A stretch of 64,000 nt of DNA from positions 224,001-288,000 of the forward strand of contig CAWFOM010000001.1 of assembly GCA_963817385.1 (NCBI GenBank), given 5' to 3'. The DNA is from an uncultured delta proteobacterium. Lineage in GTDB: Bacteria > Desulfobacterota > Syntrophia > Syntrophales > UBA5619. The notes below the pieces were generated by a model, which was not told the DNA's origin, made no database searches, and saw only the letters and a program-made list of their open reading frames with translations. This document shows, in pieces, positions 1 through 10,623 of this stretch (within the stretch, counting starts at the first letter, position 1; the number at the start of each line of letters is the position of its first letter). Made by a program: the position numbers and the translations under genes.

Positions 1-24
1 ACCAAGATATTTTTTAACACTCTG

Positions 25-1000
25 TCAGAGGCAGAGTTTCTCGTTCTCCAGGACGATTTTCCCGTCCAGCCAGACTGTGGGATTCAGGATGACGATGTCG
101 ATATGCAGCCCGCACTGGACAGTGCCCCCCAGGGAGATATTGTCGCCCAATGCCACGTGAAGGGTACCCAATCTCTTGGAGACCTCCTTGGTATCGGGGA
201 AAATACGGCAGTCAGGGTTCATCCCCAGGGCGAACTGAGAGGCAAACCGCCGGGCGTTGGAATCGAACTTCTCGAACAGCTCCAGCAGTTGCCGGGCCTG
301 TTTCCCCCCTTCCACGTTCACGATCCAGCCGTCCTTGATCTCCATCTTGAACGGTTCGTCCACTCGCCCGATCTTATCGATGATATAGGGGTTTACGATA
401 CAGCCCTGGGTAGCGCCTTCCAGCGGGGCAACCGTGGATTCCCCGTCGGGAAGTCCTGAAAACCTCCCCGGTTCGTCGGCAAAGCCGGTCTGCGCTTTCC
501 CTTTCCGGCCGCAGAGCTTCATGGTCACATCGCACCCGTCGGCGGTGGTAAAGCGGATCTCGCGGGCCTGCTCGAGGAGGGCATCCACCGCCAGGGCGTT
601 CCGCCGGACCGGCTCGTAGTCGGTGGTGACCCCGGGACTCTCCAGCATCCCGTCATTGAAGCCCCGAAGATTGCAGGTCCGGGCCCCGGCCCCCAGGGCG
701 GTACTGACCGCCCTGCTGTGCACGATCGCCCACTTGGTGAGGTTGATGACGGCGCTGGAACGGATGAACGCCCCCGCCGCGGTCTCCGGCAGTTCCTGCC
801 CGCCGACCGTCCGTGGCTCGATAATCATCGACACCGGTTCGGCCCCCGCCTGCCGCACGGCCGCGGAGATGATCGTGGCAAAGGGTCTGCGAATCCTCCT
901 CCGTATCCCGGAGGATGCACACCGTCTCCCCCGGCTTCAGGGCCAGAATCTGCCCTACCACCTGTTTGGCCACTTGAACCATCCTTTGTTCGTCAAGCAT
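25..1000 (-). CDS. Peptidase M29 / aminopeptidase T / NicX-like metalloenzyme (frameshift near 870-890)
   Basis: N-terminus MLDEQRMVQVAKQVVGQILALKPGETV (ORF 653..1000) joins ORF 25..858, which has GLPDGE, GTLHVALGDN and GLHIDIV..PTVWLDG motifs typical of the M29 fold. Confidence 0.75.
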
Positions 1001-1097
1001 TGTTTCTTCTCCTCAAGCAGGTATCCCGACCAATAATCATGCGGCATCCATACCATCACCCATGGCTTTGCGACAGATCATCCGACTGTGCACAACA

Positions 1098-1736
1098 CTA
1101 CTTCGCTGCCATCCTCTTCAGGACTTCAACCGTTCGGTCGGTGTTGAAAATCCCGCAGACACAGGGGCCGGCCAATTTTTTCGCCGCCGCTTCCGGCGAT
1201 ATTTTCCTCTTCCTGATCTTTGCGACATAATGATCGATCATCGCCGGTGAAACCATGTGATGACCGCAAAGGGTGGTGATTTTCAGATGATCCTCACTGG
1301 GCAATAACTCCGTTTTCCCCCAGACGCCAAAGGAATAGAGGATCGTGTGCGGCTTGATTCCGATCTCTCCGCACATGGCAAAGATCTCCTCGATCAGCCC
1401 CCCGGCAACTACGGAGATGCCGTAATCCCGTTTCTTGTACTCCTTCAGGACATTTTTGAGCTTCTCCTTGTCGGAAAAAGCGGCAAAGAATCCTTGGAGG
1501 CTCCGCCACTTCATGATGTCTTGAAAATCGTCGCCCCTGCCGATGCAACCCGATCTCCGGCCGAGATTCACCGCGCCTTTTTCAAAGGCGATAGCGGCCA
1601 TCGCTTCCGTTTTATCAATCGCCTCCTCCTTCGTTTTCTCATCGACGTCATCCAGCGCCTTGTATGGCTTGACGAGGATGTTATAATCACTCCTCAGTTC
1701 TTCTATCGTCCCGAACCGGTGGGCCGCATGGCTCAT
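1098..1736 (-). CDS. Uncharacterised His/Cys-rich protein, paralog 1 (HxxHR...PHT...CGH...CxCGIFN)
   Basis: 212 aa from MSHAAHRFG; shares motifs with 2567..3202 and 7134..7816. Confidence 0.8.
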   Translation of the reverse strand: MSHAAHRFGTIEELRSDYNILVKPYKALDDVDEKTKEEAIDKTEAMAAIAFEKGAVNLGRRSGCIGRGDDFQDIMKWRSLQGFFAAFSDKEKLKNVLKEYKKRDYGISVVAGGLIEEIFAMCGEIGIKPHTILYSFGVWGKTELLPSEDHLKITTLCGHHMVSPAMIDHYVAKIRKRKISPEAAAKKLAGPCVCGIFNTDRTVEVLKRMAAK

Positions 1737-1756
1737 AATCAGAAGCTCCTTTCGGT

Positions 1757-2485
1757 CATGCCTCGAAAATCGGTTTTCCCAGACCGAGGTTGATTTTCGC
1801 ATTGGGCCGCGGGTGAATTCCCATTGCATCGAACATCGGCTCAAGGGGAGACCGGAAACCCTCTTCCAGTCGGGTCACCAGCCCGAAGCTGAAGACCGTG
1901 TCGATTTCCGTTGCCACCTGTTTGATGATCCCGATGGTTTTCTCCAGACTCTTCCTTTTTTATTTTCGCTTCGATGATGCAGGAGAGGACCCGTTCGTCC
2001 CTGATGTCATCGCGGAGAATCCCTTTTCCCTTGTCCTTCAGCAGGGCCGTGAGCGGGGTCTTTTCTTCGAATTCGATGTCCGCCTTGATCAACGCCTGGA
2101 GTATCTTTTCGACATCGCGGAAACTGGCGCTCACCCCGGGCCTCCCGACCTCGATCATCACCCCGATCTGCCCGCGCTGAAACCGGCCCGAGCGGTCGTT
2201 CGTCTTGCACTCATCCGTCCCCCTGCCATACCCGGTGGAGAAGCACAGCTCCTTCGGCCAGGGCTGCTGGTTGTCGCTGAAGTATTTGCGGACGATCCGG
2301 GGCCAGACGAGCTCATCCTGCTGAAGCGCGCCCGTCGGACACTCGGCAATCCGCAGACAGTTGCCGCATTCGACGCACCGCTCGCGGTCGATAGCGGCCT
2401 TCTCATCCTCCTGCCGTATCGCTACCACCGTGCAGGTAAACACGCATTCACCGCATCCGATGCAGGTTTCCCGATCTATGATCAT
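1757..2485 (-). CDS. 2x[4Fe-4S] ferredoxin-domain protein with conserved C-terminal domain, paralog 1 (frameshifted C-terminus)
   Basis: CIGCGECVFTC and CVECGNC...CP motifs, then GRGTDECKTND and ERVLSCIIE. The tail PNAKINLGLGKP is in another frame, so the end is approximate. Confidence 0.8.
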
Positions 2486-2566
2486 GGCGACCCTCCGTAA
2501 ATGACCTTGATGGAGTTATGAAGACATGAAGAGTAACGCGAACAGACAAAGGCGCACGCACCCTGC

Positions 2567-3202
2567 TCAGGAGCGGCCGGTCGTCATATTCCGCAGCAGC
2601 TTTTCCGCCCGATAGGTATTGAATATGCCGCAATCGCACATCCGGGAGAGCTTCTTGGCTGCGGCCGCGCAGGTGATCTTGCCTTTGTTGATCTGATCGA
2701 CCATGTGGCGGATCAGGTTGGTCGCCACCATGGCATGACCGCACATGGTGTGGATCTCCAGGACCTCCCCTTCGGGCACCCGCTCGGTGTTGCCGTGGAT
2801 GCCCAGGGAATAGTTCACGGTATGGGGCGCGATACCGATTTCCGCGCAGATTTTTTCCGTCTCCGCGCATAAGCCCGATACGACGACCGATATGCCGAAA
2901 TCCCGCTCCCTGATCTCGTTCAGGCACGCCTTGATCTTCTCCCGATCCTTGAAGACCACGTGGATGATCCGGCTCTTGGCCTTCTGCAGGGCCTCCAGGT
3001 CGTAGAGCTCCCCGCCGCCCCAATGGGGATTATGGTTCCCGAAATTCACCAGATCGTCCTTGTAATGGGAGATCACCTCCCAGATCTGCTGCATCGTTTT
3101 CTCGGACCCCTCGTGGTTCACAAAGCGGGATGTCCGAAGCAGCAGGACATAGTCCTCGTGGAGGTCTTCGACACTCCCCTGCCGGTGCAATGTGTGCGTC
3201 AT
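2567..3202 (-). CDS. Uncharacterised His/Cys-rich protein, paralog 2
   Basis: 211 aa from MTHTLHRQG; PHT, TMCGHAM and CDCGIFN motifs. Confidence 0.8.
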   Translation of the reverse strand: MTHTLHRQGSVEDLHEDYVLLLRTSRFVNHEGSEKTMQQIWEVISHYKDDLVNFGNHNPHWGGGELYDLEALQKAKSRIIHVVFKDREKIKACLNEIRERDFGISVVVSGLCAETEKICAEIGIAPHTVNYSLGIHGNTERVPEGEVLEIHTMCGHAMVATNLIRHMVDQINKGKITCAAAAKKLSRMCDCGIFNTYRAEKLLRNMTTGRS

Positions 3203-3203
3203 G

Positions 3204-3933
3204 TCATGCCTCCTTGAACAGCGGCCGGCCGAGGCCCACGTTCGTCTTCGTGTTGGGTCTTGGGGAAAAGCCGGCCTCCCGGGCGATGGCGAGCACCGGC
3301 GTGGTTCCGTCCGCATCGACGCGGCTGATCAGATCGAGAGAAAAGGCCGTATCGATCTTCGCCGATACCTCTTTGATCGTTGCCAGTACCTCCGCCAACT
3401 TGCCGACCGGGATCTTGAGCTCGATGATTGCCGAAAGCACCCGTTCGTTCAGGACCGCCTCGTTGAATTTTCCCGTCTTCGGATCGGCCATCAGTTCCGC
3501 CACCGGATTCTGGGTTTCGAATTCCACCCCCAGCCGGGCGATGGCCATGGCGACCGTCTCCAGATCCCGAAACGACGTGCCGACGCCGGGGCGGCCCAGT
3601 CTCCAGGGCGACGCCGGCCTCGCCGCGGACGAACCGGCCGGTCACGTCGTTGGTTTTCATCTCCTCCGTCCCCCGCCCGTTGCCGGTCGTCGAGGGATGT
3701 TTCACATCGGGGTTGCTGAAATACTCGCGAAGGCACCGCGGCCATTCCAGCTTCGGCATGTAAATCGCGTCGACCGGGCAGACGCCGGATCTCTTGTAGC
3801 AGCACCCGCACTCCACACACGCCGCCTGATCGATCTCGCTGACCGATCCCCCTTCCGCCAGCCGGATCGCGCCGACCGGGCAATAGGGGATGCATTCCTC
3901 GCAGCCGATACATTTCTCCTTGTCAATCAGCAT
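3204..3933 (-). CDS. 2x[4Fe-4S] ferredoxin-domain protein, paralog 2 (frameshift near 3590)
   Basis: CIGCEECIPYCP, CVECGCC...CP and GRGTEEMKTNDVTGRF; continues in ORF 3204..3548 with ERVLSAIIE and NVGLGRP. Confidence 0.8.
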
Positions 3934-3960
3934 ACAAATCCTCCCTGCATCTCTTCTAAC

Positions 3961-5466
3961 TTACACCTCTTGCTCCTCCAGCATCTTCCTTTTGATCCTG
4001 ACCGTCTTGAACGAGAACCCGATCGTCAATACTGCGGCGATCCCCAAAAGGGTCGCGGAGATCGGGCGGGTGAAGAATACGGTGATATCGCCATGAGAGA
4101 GCGCCAGGGCGCGATGGAGATTGTGCTCCAGCAAGGGCCCCAGTATCAGGGCGATGACCATCGGGGCGCCCGGAATATCGTATTTCTTCATGAAATAGCC
4201 GATGATGCCGAAAATCATCATCACCCAGACATCGTATACGCTGCTGCTGAGCGAATAGGCCCCGATGATGCAGATCAGGAGGATACCCGGGTAGAGGTAG
4301 CGGTACGGGATACGCAGGCCCATGGCGAAGAGGGGGATCATCGGGAGGTTCATCACGATCAGGATCACATTTCCGATGAACATGCTGGCGATGAGCGCCC
4401 AGACGAGATCGGGGTTGGTATGAAACATCATGGGCCCCGGCTTCAGCCCGAACATCATCAGGGCGCCCAGCATGACCGCGGTCGCCCCCGAACCCGGAAT
4501 CCCCAGGGCCAGCAGGTGCACCATGGCCCCCGACGTGCACGCGTTGTTCGCGGACTCCGGAGAGGCAACGCCTTCGATGGCGCCCTTCCCGAAACGATCG
4601 GGATCCTTGGCAACGCCCTTTTCAAGGGCATACGCAACGAAAGACGAGATGGTCGCACCGGCGCCGGGCAGGGCGCCCATCATGAATCCGACCGTCGTAC
4701 CGCGGAGAATCGCCCATTTCGATTGCCAAACCTCGGCGACGGTCGGCCAGAGATCTTTGAATTTGACGTTGATGGGGGTTATTTTCAGCCGTTCTTCCGC
4801 GGAAACCAGGACCTCCCCGATGCCGAAAAGGCCCATGACCACGGTGACGAATGACACCCCATCCATCAATTCGGGGATATCGTACACGAACCGGGGCGCC
4901 CCCTGGATGACGTCGATGCCGACCGTCCCGAGGGCCATCCCGATGACGCCGCTCATCAGCGATTTCGATATGGATTTCCCGCCCACGTACACAATGGTCA
5001 AAAGACCCATGACGATCAGGCTGAAGAATTCCGCCGGGCCGAATTTCAACGCGAATTTCGCGAGGGGGACGCAGATGAGCATGAGCCCGATCGTCCCGAG
5101 AATGCCGGCAACGAAGGAACCGATCGCGGAAATTCCCAGGGCGGCTCCGCCGCGCCCCTGGCGCGCCATCTGGTAACCGTCAATGGTGGTTACAACGGAT
5201 GCGGCCTCGCCGGGAACGTTGAGCAGGATCGAGGTCGTCGACCCGCCGTACATGGCGCCATAGTAGATCGCGCACATCATGATCATGGCGGGCGTCGGGT
5301 CCATCCCGAAGGTAAGCGGAATAAGCATGGCGATCGTGGCCGAGGGGCCCAGGCCGGGCAGGATTCCCACCAGGGTGCCGAAGAAGCAGCCCATGGCTGC
5401 CATCATGAGATTGAACGGGGTGAGGACCGCCGCGAAACCCTGCATCAAGTTGTTGAGGATATCCAT
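3961..5466 (-). CDS. tctA: Tripartite tricarboxylate transporter large permease TctA
   Basis: 501-aa hydrophobic protein with G-LPGLG, YGGSTTSILLNVPG, PESANNA and LGIPGS motifs. Confidence 0.95.
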   Translation of the reverse strand: MDILNNLMQGFAAVLTPFNLMMAAMGCFFGTLVGILPGLGPSATIAMLIPLTFGMDPTPAMIMMCAIYYGAMYGGSTTSILLNVPGEAASVVTTIDGYQMARQGRGGAALGISAIGSFVAGILGTIGLMLICVPLAKFALKFGPAEFFSLIVMGLLTIVYVGGKSISKSLMSGVIGMALGTVGIDVIQGAPRFVYDIPELMDGVSFVTVVMGLFGIGEVLVSAEERLKITPINVKFKDLWPTVAEVWQSKWAILRGTTVGFMMGALPGAGATISSFVAYALEKGVAKDPDRFGKGAIEGVASPESANNACTSGAMVHLLALGIPGSGATAVMLGALMMFGLKPGPMMFHTNPDLVWALIASMFIGNVILIVMNLPMIPLFAMGLRIPYRYLYPGILLICIIGAYSLSSSVYDVWVMMIFGIIGYFMKKYDIPGAPMVIALILGPLLEHNLHRALALSHGDITVFFTRPISATLLGIAAVLTIGFSFKTVRIKRKMLEEQEV

Positions 5467-5478
5467 TTCTTTTCTCCT

Positions 5479-5940
5479 TCAGATTCCCAGCAGACCCGTG
5501 GGAAGATCCACTTCCAGCCAGTAGCGAAAAATGAGAAAGATTCCGGCGCTGAACATGACGCCATAAAAGACGCTTTTCAGGATACTGTCGCCTTCCAATG
5601 CAAAAAGGATGACGGATACGAAAAGAAACACGGTCAGGATGAAACCGAGGCTGTTCATAAGGAGGGCAAAACCGGCCATGATCACCATGATGAGGCCGAG
5701 CCGACCCAGCGACCGTAATCCGGGCAGACGCGGCTTCATCTCCTCGGCGCTATATTGTTCCTTGAAGCAGAGGATGAACCGAAACAGGGAGAACCCAGCG
5801 AGAACGACTCCCAACCAGAAAGGGAAAAAACCGGGGCCTGTGCCGAATTTGGAAGCATATTCGAATTTTTGCGATTCGAGCATGAGCCAGAGGCTGAGTC
5901 CCATACCGACGAGCGAATAAACGATGTCTCCTTTTTTCAT
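5479..5940 (-). CDS. tctB: Tripartite tricarboxylate transporter small permease TctB
   Basis: GPGFFP motif, several TM segments, C-terminal LPxG; lies between tctC and tctA. Confidence 0.9.
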   Translation of the reverse strand: MKKGDIVYSLVGMGLSLWLMLESQKFEYASKFGTGPGFFPFWLGVVLAGFSLFRFILCFKEQYSAEEMKPRLPGLRSLGRLGLIMVIMAGFALLMNSLGFILTVFLFVSVILFALEGDSILKSVFYGVMFSAGIFLIFRYWLEVDLPTGLLGI

Positions 5941-6077
5941 ACACTCTTCCTCCTGACCGGGATACTGATCCTCTAACATTTAAAGAGCACCTGCATCATG
6001 GTGCTTTGGAACGGTGCAAAGCGAAGCAATTCCGTCAACACAATCGGCGCGCCTGCAGTCGCAGGGAGACCGGCCGG

Positions 6078-6111
6078 TGAAGCTCTCCGCGGCAAGCCGC
6101 GGAGAGCTTCA
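6078..6111. repeat. Perfect 16-bp-arm palindrome (REP-like or mRNA-stabilising hairpin) after tctC
   Basis: TGAAGCTCTCCGCGGC-AA-GCCGCGGAGAGCTTCA; a degenerate copy lies at 10594-10625. Confidence 0.75.
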
Positions 6112-6123
6112 ATATCCCTTGAC

Positions 6124-7101
6124 TTACTTCTTCTTAAAGGCGCCGAGTTCATCGACATCCACTTTGAGCACCTTAACGTAATCGTCGACAAACGCCTTGG
6201 TCTCCTCATGCCTCATGAAGGAATCGACCGCATAGGAGGTGTTCAGCAGATCCTTATACGCCTTGGTCTTGGAGAGTTTGAAAAAGGCATCTTCCCAGTA
6301 TTTCTGGGCATAATCGGGGAAATCCTTCGGCGCCCAGAAGCCTCTCGGCTGGACATATACGGCATTGATCCCCTGCTCCTTCATCGTCAGCACGTTCGGC
6401 ATGGCGGGGATCCTCTGCGGGGACATGACGCCCAGCGGCTTGATCTGCTTGGCTTCGATCTGCCCCATCTGTTCATTCACGTTTCCAAACCCGATATCAA
6501 CATGCCCGCCCAAAATGGCTACGGACGCGGCGCCGCCGCCGCCGAAACCGACCATGTTCAACTGCGCACCGGAGGCCTTGGCCACCCGGTGGGCGCTGAC
6601 ATGCTCGGACCCTCCGATGGTGCCGATGGCAACGGAGAGCTTATCGGGGTTTTTCTTTGCAAACTCGATGGCGCTCTTCATGTCATTGTATGGCGATTCA
6701 ATGCGCGTAAAGGCAAGGTTCGGATCCATGCACATCATCGTGAGGAAGGTAATATCCTCCAGTTTCAGTTTGCTGGAGCCGCGCAAAAGGGCGGAAAGCG
6801 GCCCGGTCGTGAACTGCATGACGACATGGGCATCGCCCGCCTTGTCATACATATAATTGAGCGAAGTCGTTCCGGAGCCGCCGGCCCGGTTCACCACCTG
6901 GATCTTCTGCTTTACGATGCCCTCTTTTTCGAGGATGTTGGCCACGGCCCGGCTGAACAGGTCGCTTCCCCCGCCCGCCGGGGAATGGACGACAAATTCG
7001 ATTGTCTTGTCAGGGTATGCCGCCTTTGCATCGGCCGCCACCATCGCTGCGATCAAACAAAACGCTACTGCCAACGAACAGACAAACAGTTTCCTTCTCA
7101 T
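6124..7101 (-). CDS. tctC: Tripartite tricarboxylate transporter substrate-binding protein TctC (Bug family)
   Basis: Signal peptide, YPDKTIEFVVHSPAGGGSD, VVNRAGGSG and ILGGHVD motifs. Confidence 0.93.
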   Translation of the reverse strand: MRRKLFVCSLAVAFCLIAAMVAADAKAAYPDKTIEFVVHSPAGGGSDLFSRAVANILEKEGIVKQKIQVVNRAGGSGTTSLNYMYDKAGDAHVVMQFTTGPLSALLRGSSKLKLEDITFLTMMCMDPNLAFTRIESPYNDMKSAIEFAKKNPDKLSVAIGTIGGSEHVSAHRVAKASGAQLNMVGFGGGGAASVAILGGHVDIGFGNVNEQMGQIEAKQIKPLGVMSPQRIPAMPNVLTMKEQGINAVYVQPRGFWAPKDFPDYAQKYWEDAFFKLSKTKAYKDLLNTSYAVDSFMRHEETKAFVDDYVKVLKVDVDELGAFKKK

Positions 7102-7133
7102 GATAACCTCCTTTTGACTTCAATGTTCACCGA

Positions 7134-7816
7134 CTACACCACCCATCCTCTTACTCCGGTACTTACCCGTTCCGCTTTCTCTTTCCCCGTCAGCTTGCGA
7201 AGCAGCATCTCCGCCCGTTTGGGATTGAACAACCCGCACAGGCAGGGCTTGCCCAACTCTCTCCCCGCCTCCTCCAGACTCAGGGAACCCTTCTTTACTT
7301 TTTCCACGAGGTCGTCCACCAGGTATCGCGACACCTGGCCGTGCCCGCACATCGTCGTTATCTCGAGTACCGGGCCGTCGGGGAGAAGCGCGGTATTGCC
7401 CCAGACGCCCAGCGAATGGTTCGACGTATGGGGCGTGATGCCGATCCTGTCGCATATCGACTTTATGGTGTCATACAGTCCTGAGACGACTGACCGATAA
7501 TCCGTAATCCCGTTCTTTCAGCTCGGTGAGAAACGACTCGAGCTTCTCTTTCGTATCGAATACGCAATAGGGGGAATTGCCGTCTTTGAACTGCTCTTCG
7601 ATCGACTCCAGTGAGGTTTCCAGGATGTTCCCTTTGTAGTTCGGACCCCGGGCGCCGGTGATGTTGACGGCGCCATGCTTTTCGAAAGAGCCGCAGGAGC
7701 TCCTTGCATATCCCGGCCGAACCTTCCTGGTTGTATCCCTTCTCCGCCCGCATGATGATGACATAATCGCAGCCTAAATCTTCGATCGTACCTGCCCTGT
7801 GCAATGAATGAGTCAC
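7134..7816 (-). CDS. Uncharacterised His/Cys-rich protein, paralog 3 (frameshifted)
   Basis: GTG start MTHSLHRAG; segments with DYGLSV, PHT and TMCGHGQ...CLCGLFN across three frames. Confidence 0.75.
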
Positions 7817-7858
7817 AGTCTCACCTCTCCTTTCATCGGGGTTTTTTTGACACCCTTA

Positions 7859-8581
7859 CTAAGCGTCCGCCTTCGGCCTGCCCAATCCCAGATTGACTTT
7901 TGCGTTGGGAGACAACTGATACCCCAGCCGCGCCAGGGCCTCTATATTGGGTATGGTGCCGTCGGGATCCAATCTGTTGATAACGGATACGGAAAACACC
8001 GTGTCCGTTGCCAATGCGGAGCTTTCCTCCAGGGCCTTCACGAGTTCTTCCAGCCGCGACGGTTCGATCAGGAATTCAATGATCGCGCTCAACACCCGTT
8101 CATCTTTGACCTCTTCCTTAAAAATGGCCTTTTTCGTATCCTCCATGAGGCTTGTCAGGGGGTTCAGCGGCTCGAACTCGACGCCAAGCCGCGCGAAGGG
8201 AGCGGCGATCTTCTCGATGTTGCGGATTGTTTCGCCGACGCCCGGTCTCCCCACTTCAACCGCGATACCTATCTGTCCCCGTTTGTACCGGCCGGTTACA
8301 TCGTTGCTCTTCATTTCCGAAGTGCCGCGCCCCCATCCGCCGGTCGTCGCCGAATGCGGTGCATTCGGATCGCTGAATACCCTTCTGATGATGCGCGGCC
8401 AGGGAAAGTCAGGCTCCTGTTTGAATGCCTCCACCGGACATCTCTTCGCCCGATAGCACACACCGCATTCGACGCACTTCTCTTTATCGATCTCTGCATG
8501 GTCCGATTCCAACGCTATGGCGGCCACGGGACAAACGGGCAGGCAATCGCCGCATCCGATACAGAGCTCTTTGTCTATCAT
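7859..8581 (-). CDS. 2x[4Fe-4S] ferredoxin-domain protein, paralog 3 (intact, 240 aa)
   Basis: CIGCGDCLPVCP, CVECGVC...CP, GRGTSEMKSNDVTGRY, ERVLSAIIE, PNAKVNLGLGRP. Confidence 0.85.
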   Translation of the reverse strand: MIDKELCIGCGDCLPVCPVAAIALESDHAEIDKEKCVECGVCYRAKRCPVEAFKQEPDFPWPRIIRRVFSDPNAPHSATTGGWGRGTSEMKSNDVTGRYKRGQIGIAVEVGRPGVGETIRNIEKIAAPFARLGVEFEPLNPLTSLMEDTKKAIFKEEVKDERVLSAIIEFLIEPSRLEELVKALEESSALATDTVFSVSVINRLDPDGTIPNIEALARLGYQLSPNAKVNLGLGRPKADA

Positions 8582-8619
8582 ACCTCCGCACCTCCTCGAA
8601 TTAAGATTCCCAGCCCCTG

Positions 8620-9597
8620 CTATGCTTTGATCCGATCCGCTTCGGGCAGGGGTTCTCCCCGTTCCACCCGCATGATATTGTCGAACGAATGGCCGACGAT
8701 CCGTTTCATTGTGTCCACCGTGCCGCCGCCGTTGTGCGGGGTCACCACCACATTGTCCATCCGGAGCAGCGGATTGTCACGCTCGGGAGGTTCCTTGGCG
8801 AAGACGTCAAGCCCCGCCCCGGCGATCGTCCCCTTTTCGAGTGCCGCGATGAGCGCCGGTTCGTCAACGACGCCTCCCCGGGCGGTGTTGATGAGAATGG
8901 CCGACGGCTTCATCACGGCAAACGCCTCCGCCCCGATCAATCCCCGTGTCTCAGGCGTTAACGGAACATGGAGCGAGACGATATCCGACTGACGGAGAAG
9001 ATCCTCCCGGGGCGTGTACGTCATCCCCATGGCCGTCTCCGTTTCCTGCGGCAACCGGACGAGGTCAGTGTACAGGACCCGGCATTCGAAACCGTGGCTG
9101 AGCCTCTTCGCCACGGCCCGTCCGATGGCCCCTCCTCCGATCAGGCCCACCGTTTTTTGCCACAGCTCGTAGCAGCCGGCCCTCAGCTCCCACTTGAGCC
9201 ACTGTCCGGCGCGCAGGGTGTTGTGGGCCACGGGCAGTCGCTTGTATGAGGCGAGCATCAGGGTGATGGCCGTCTCCGCCACCGCTACGGCGTTCACGCC
9301 GGCGGCGATGCAGACGGGCACGCCGCGCCGGGCCGCGGTCTTGAGATCGATCTTGTCCACGCCGATCCCATACTTCTGGATCAGCTTGAGCTTCGGGGCC
9401 GCCTCGATCACCGCACCCGAAACCGGGGTCCAGGAGCAGAGGATGTAATCCGCCTCACGAACCCTCGCCACCTGCTCCTCCTCGCTCGAGGTCTCTGCAA
9501 ATACCAGATCCAGGCCTGCCGGCTTCTGAGCAGTCACCAGATCCTGCATGGCGGAGGGAAGGACATCCAGACATAACACCAAGGGCTTCTTAACCAC
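8620..9597 (-). CDS. D-isomer-specific 2-hydroxyacid dehydrogenase (NAD-binding)
   Basis: GLIGGGAIG Rossmann motif, SLHVPLT, INTARG, LDVFAKEP, VTPH. Confidence 0.92.
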   Translation of the reverse strand: MVKKPLVLCLDVLPSAMQDLVTAQKPAGLDLVFAETSSEEEQVARVREADYILCSWTPVSGAVIEAAPKLKLIQKYGIGVDKIDLKTAARRGVPVCIAAGVNAVAVAETAITLMLASYKRLPVAHNTLRAGQWLKWELRAGCYELWQKTVGLIGGGAIGRAVAKRLSHGFECRVLYTDLVRLPQETETAMGMTYTPREDLLRQSDIVSLHVPLTPETRGLIGAEAFAVMKPSAILINTARGGVVDEPALIAALEKGTIAGAGLDVFAKEPPERDNPLLRMDNVVVTPHNGGGTVDTMKRIVGHSFDNIMRVERGEPLPEADRIKA

Positions 9598-9712
9598 GGG
9601 CTCCTCCTCTTCTTGTCACCAGCCACCATTGGACGAAGATCAGATCTGCCGGCGGCAACGCCGGATCGAATGCGATCGAGATCGCAGGTTCGTTTACGGA
9701 GCTCCCATCCGC

Positions 9713-10388
9713 TCAGGCGGGGAGTATTTCGCTGTAATGTTTGATAATCACCCGGCCCCCGTTTTCAATATGCTCGCTCATCAGCCTGCCGGCCAACTCG
9801 GCGTCTCCCGCCTCTATGGCATCCACGATGTGTCGGTATTCCTGTGACGGTTTTTCAAAGCGATAGCTGAGCCGCTGGCTCTTGGGAAATTGGTTGTAGA
9901 GTTCACTGATCCAGCGGATCAGTTTTGCTGATCCGCATCGGTTGTAGATGGTGGAATGGATTTCACGGGCCAGAGGGGGCAGTTCATCGTGACGGCCGGC
10001 CTGGGCAGTATTCAGCCAGTTGAGCGATCACCGCTCTGAGTCTGGCGATCTCTTCCGGCGTGACGTGCGGGGTGGCCAGCTTCGTCGCGAAACCCTCGAG
10101 GAGCGATCGCAGCATGAAGGACTCCCGCACCTGGTCAATGGTGAGACGCATCACCCGTGCACCCTGGTAGGGCGCCCGTTCGACCAGCCCCTCTGCTTCG
10201 AGACGGGCCAGCGCCTCCCGCACCGGGATACGGCTTACCCCGAGGCGGGTGGCCAGTTGGGCTTCGAGCAGCCGCGTCCCGGGAGGGATATTCCCCAAAA
10301 CGATGGCTTCACGGATGCGCTCAGCCACCTGCTCCGCAGTGCCCCGCGGTCCCGTCAGGTTGTTGATACTGTCGATGCCTGTTTCCAC
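9713..10388 (-). CDS. GntR/FCD family transcriptional regulator (frameshifted)
   Basis: wHTH LGVSRIPVREAL; FCD tail ...HIVDAIEAGDAELAGRLMSEHI in another frame, ending near 9713. Confidence 0.85.
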
Positions 10389-10453
10389 TTTTGCCCTCCG
10401 TGGCGTTGGAGCCCGGGATCACTGCATTTTTTACCGAGGAGACACGGCTGAAG

Positions 10454-10468
10454 GTATATTGTATACAC
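10454..10468. promoter_or_regulatory. Candidate GntR-type operator
   Basis: GTATATTGTATACAC upstream of the GntR gene resembles TGTATACA GntR boxes. Confidence 0.45.
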
Positions 10469-10623
10469 CATTCAATTGCGCAATACCCGTAAGTCACTCC
10501 GATAAACTTGTCAAGCACTTTTTCAGAACCGGCAAAGACGATATCGCTCTTACACCCTGCCCCCCGTTTCCGAACGGCGCCGGGAGAGGGAATTGAAGCT
10601 CGCCGCGGCAAGCCGGAGGGAAG

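Noticed and set aside
3130..7500. Long plus-strand ORFs of 574 aa and 500 aa
   Set aside because: Antisense shadows of tctA, tctC and neighbours in GC-rich DNA; no motifs or RBS.
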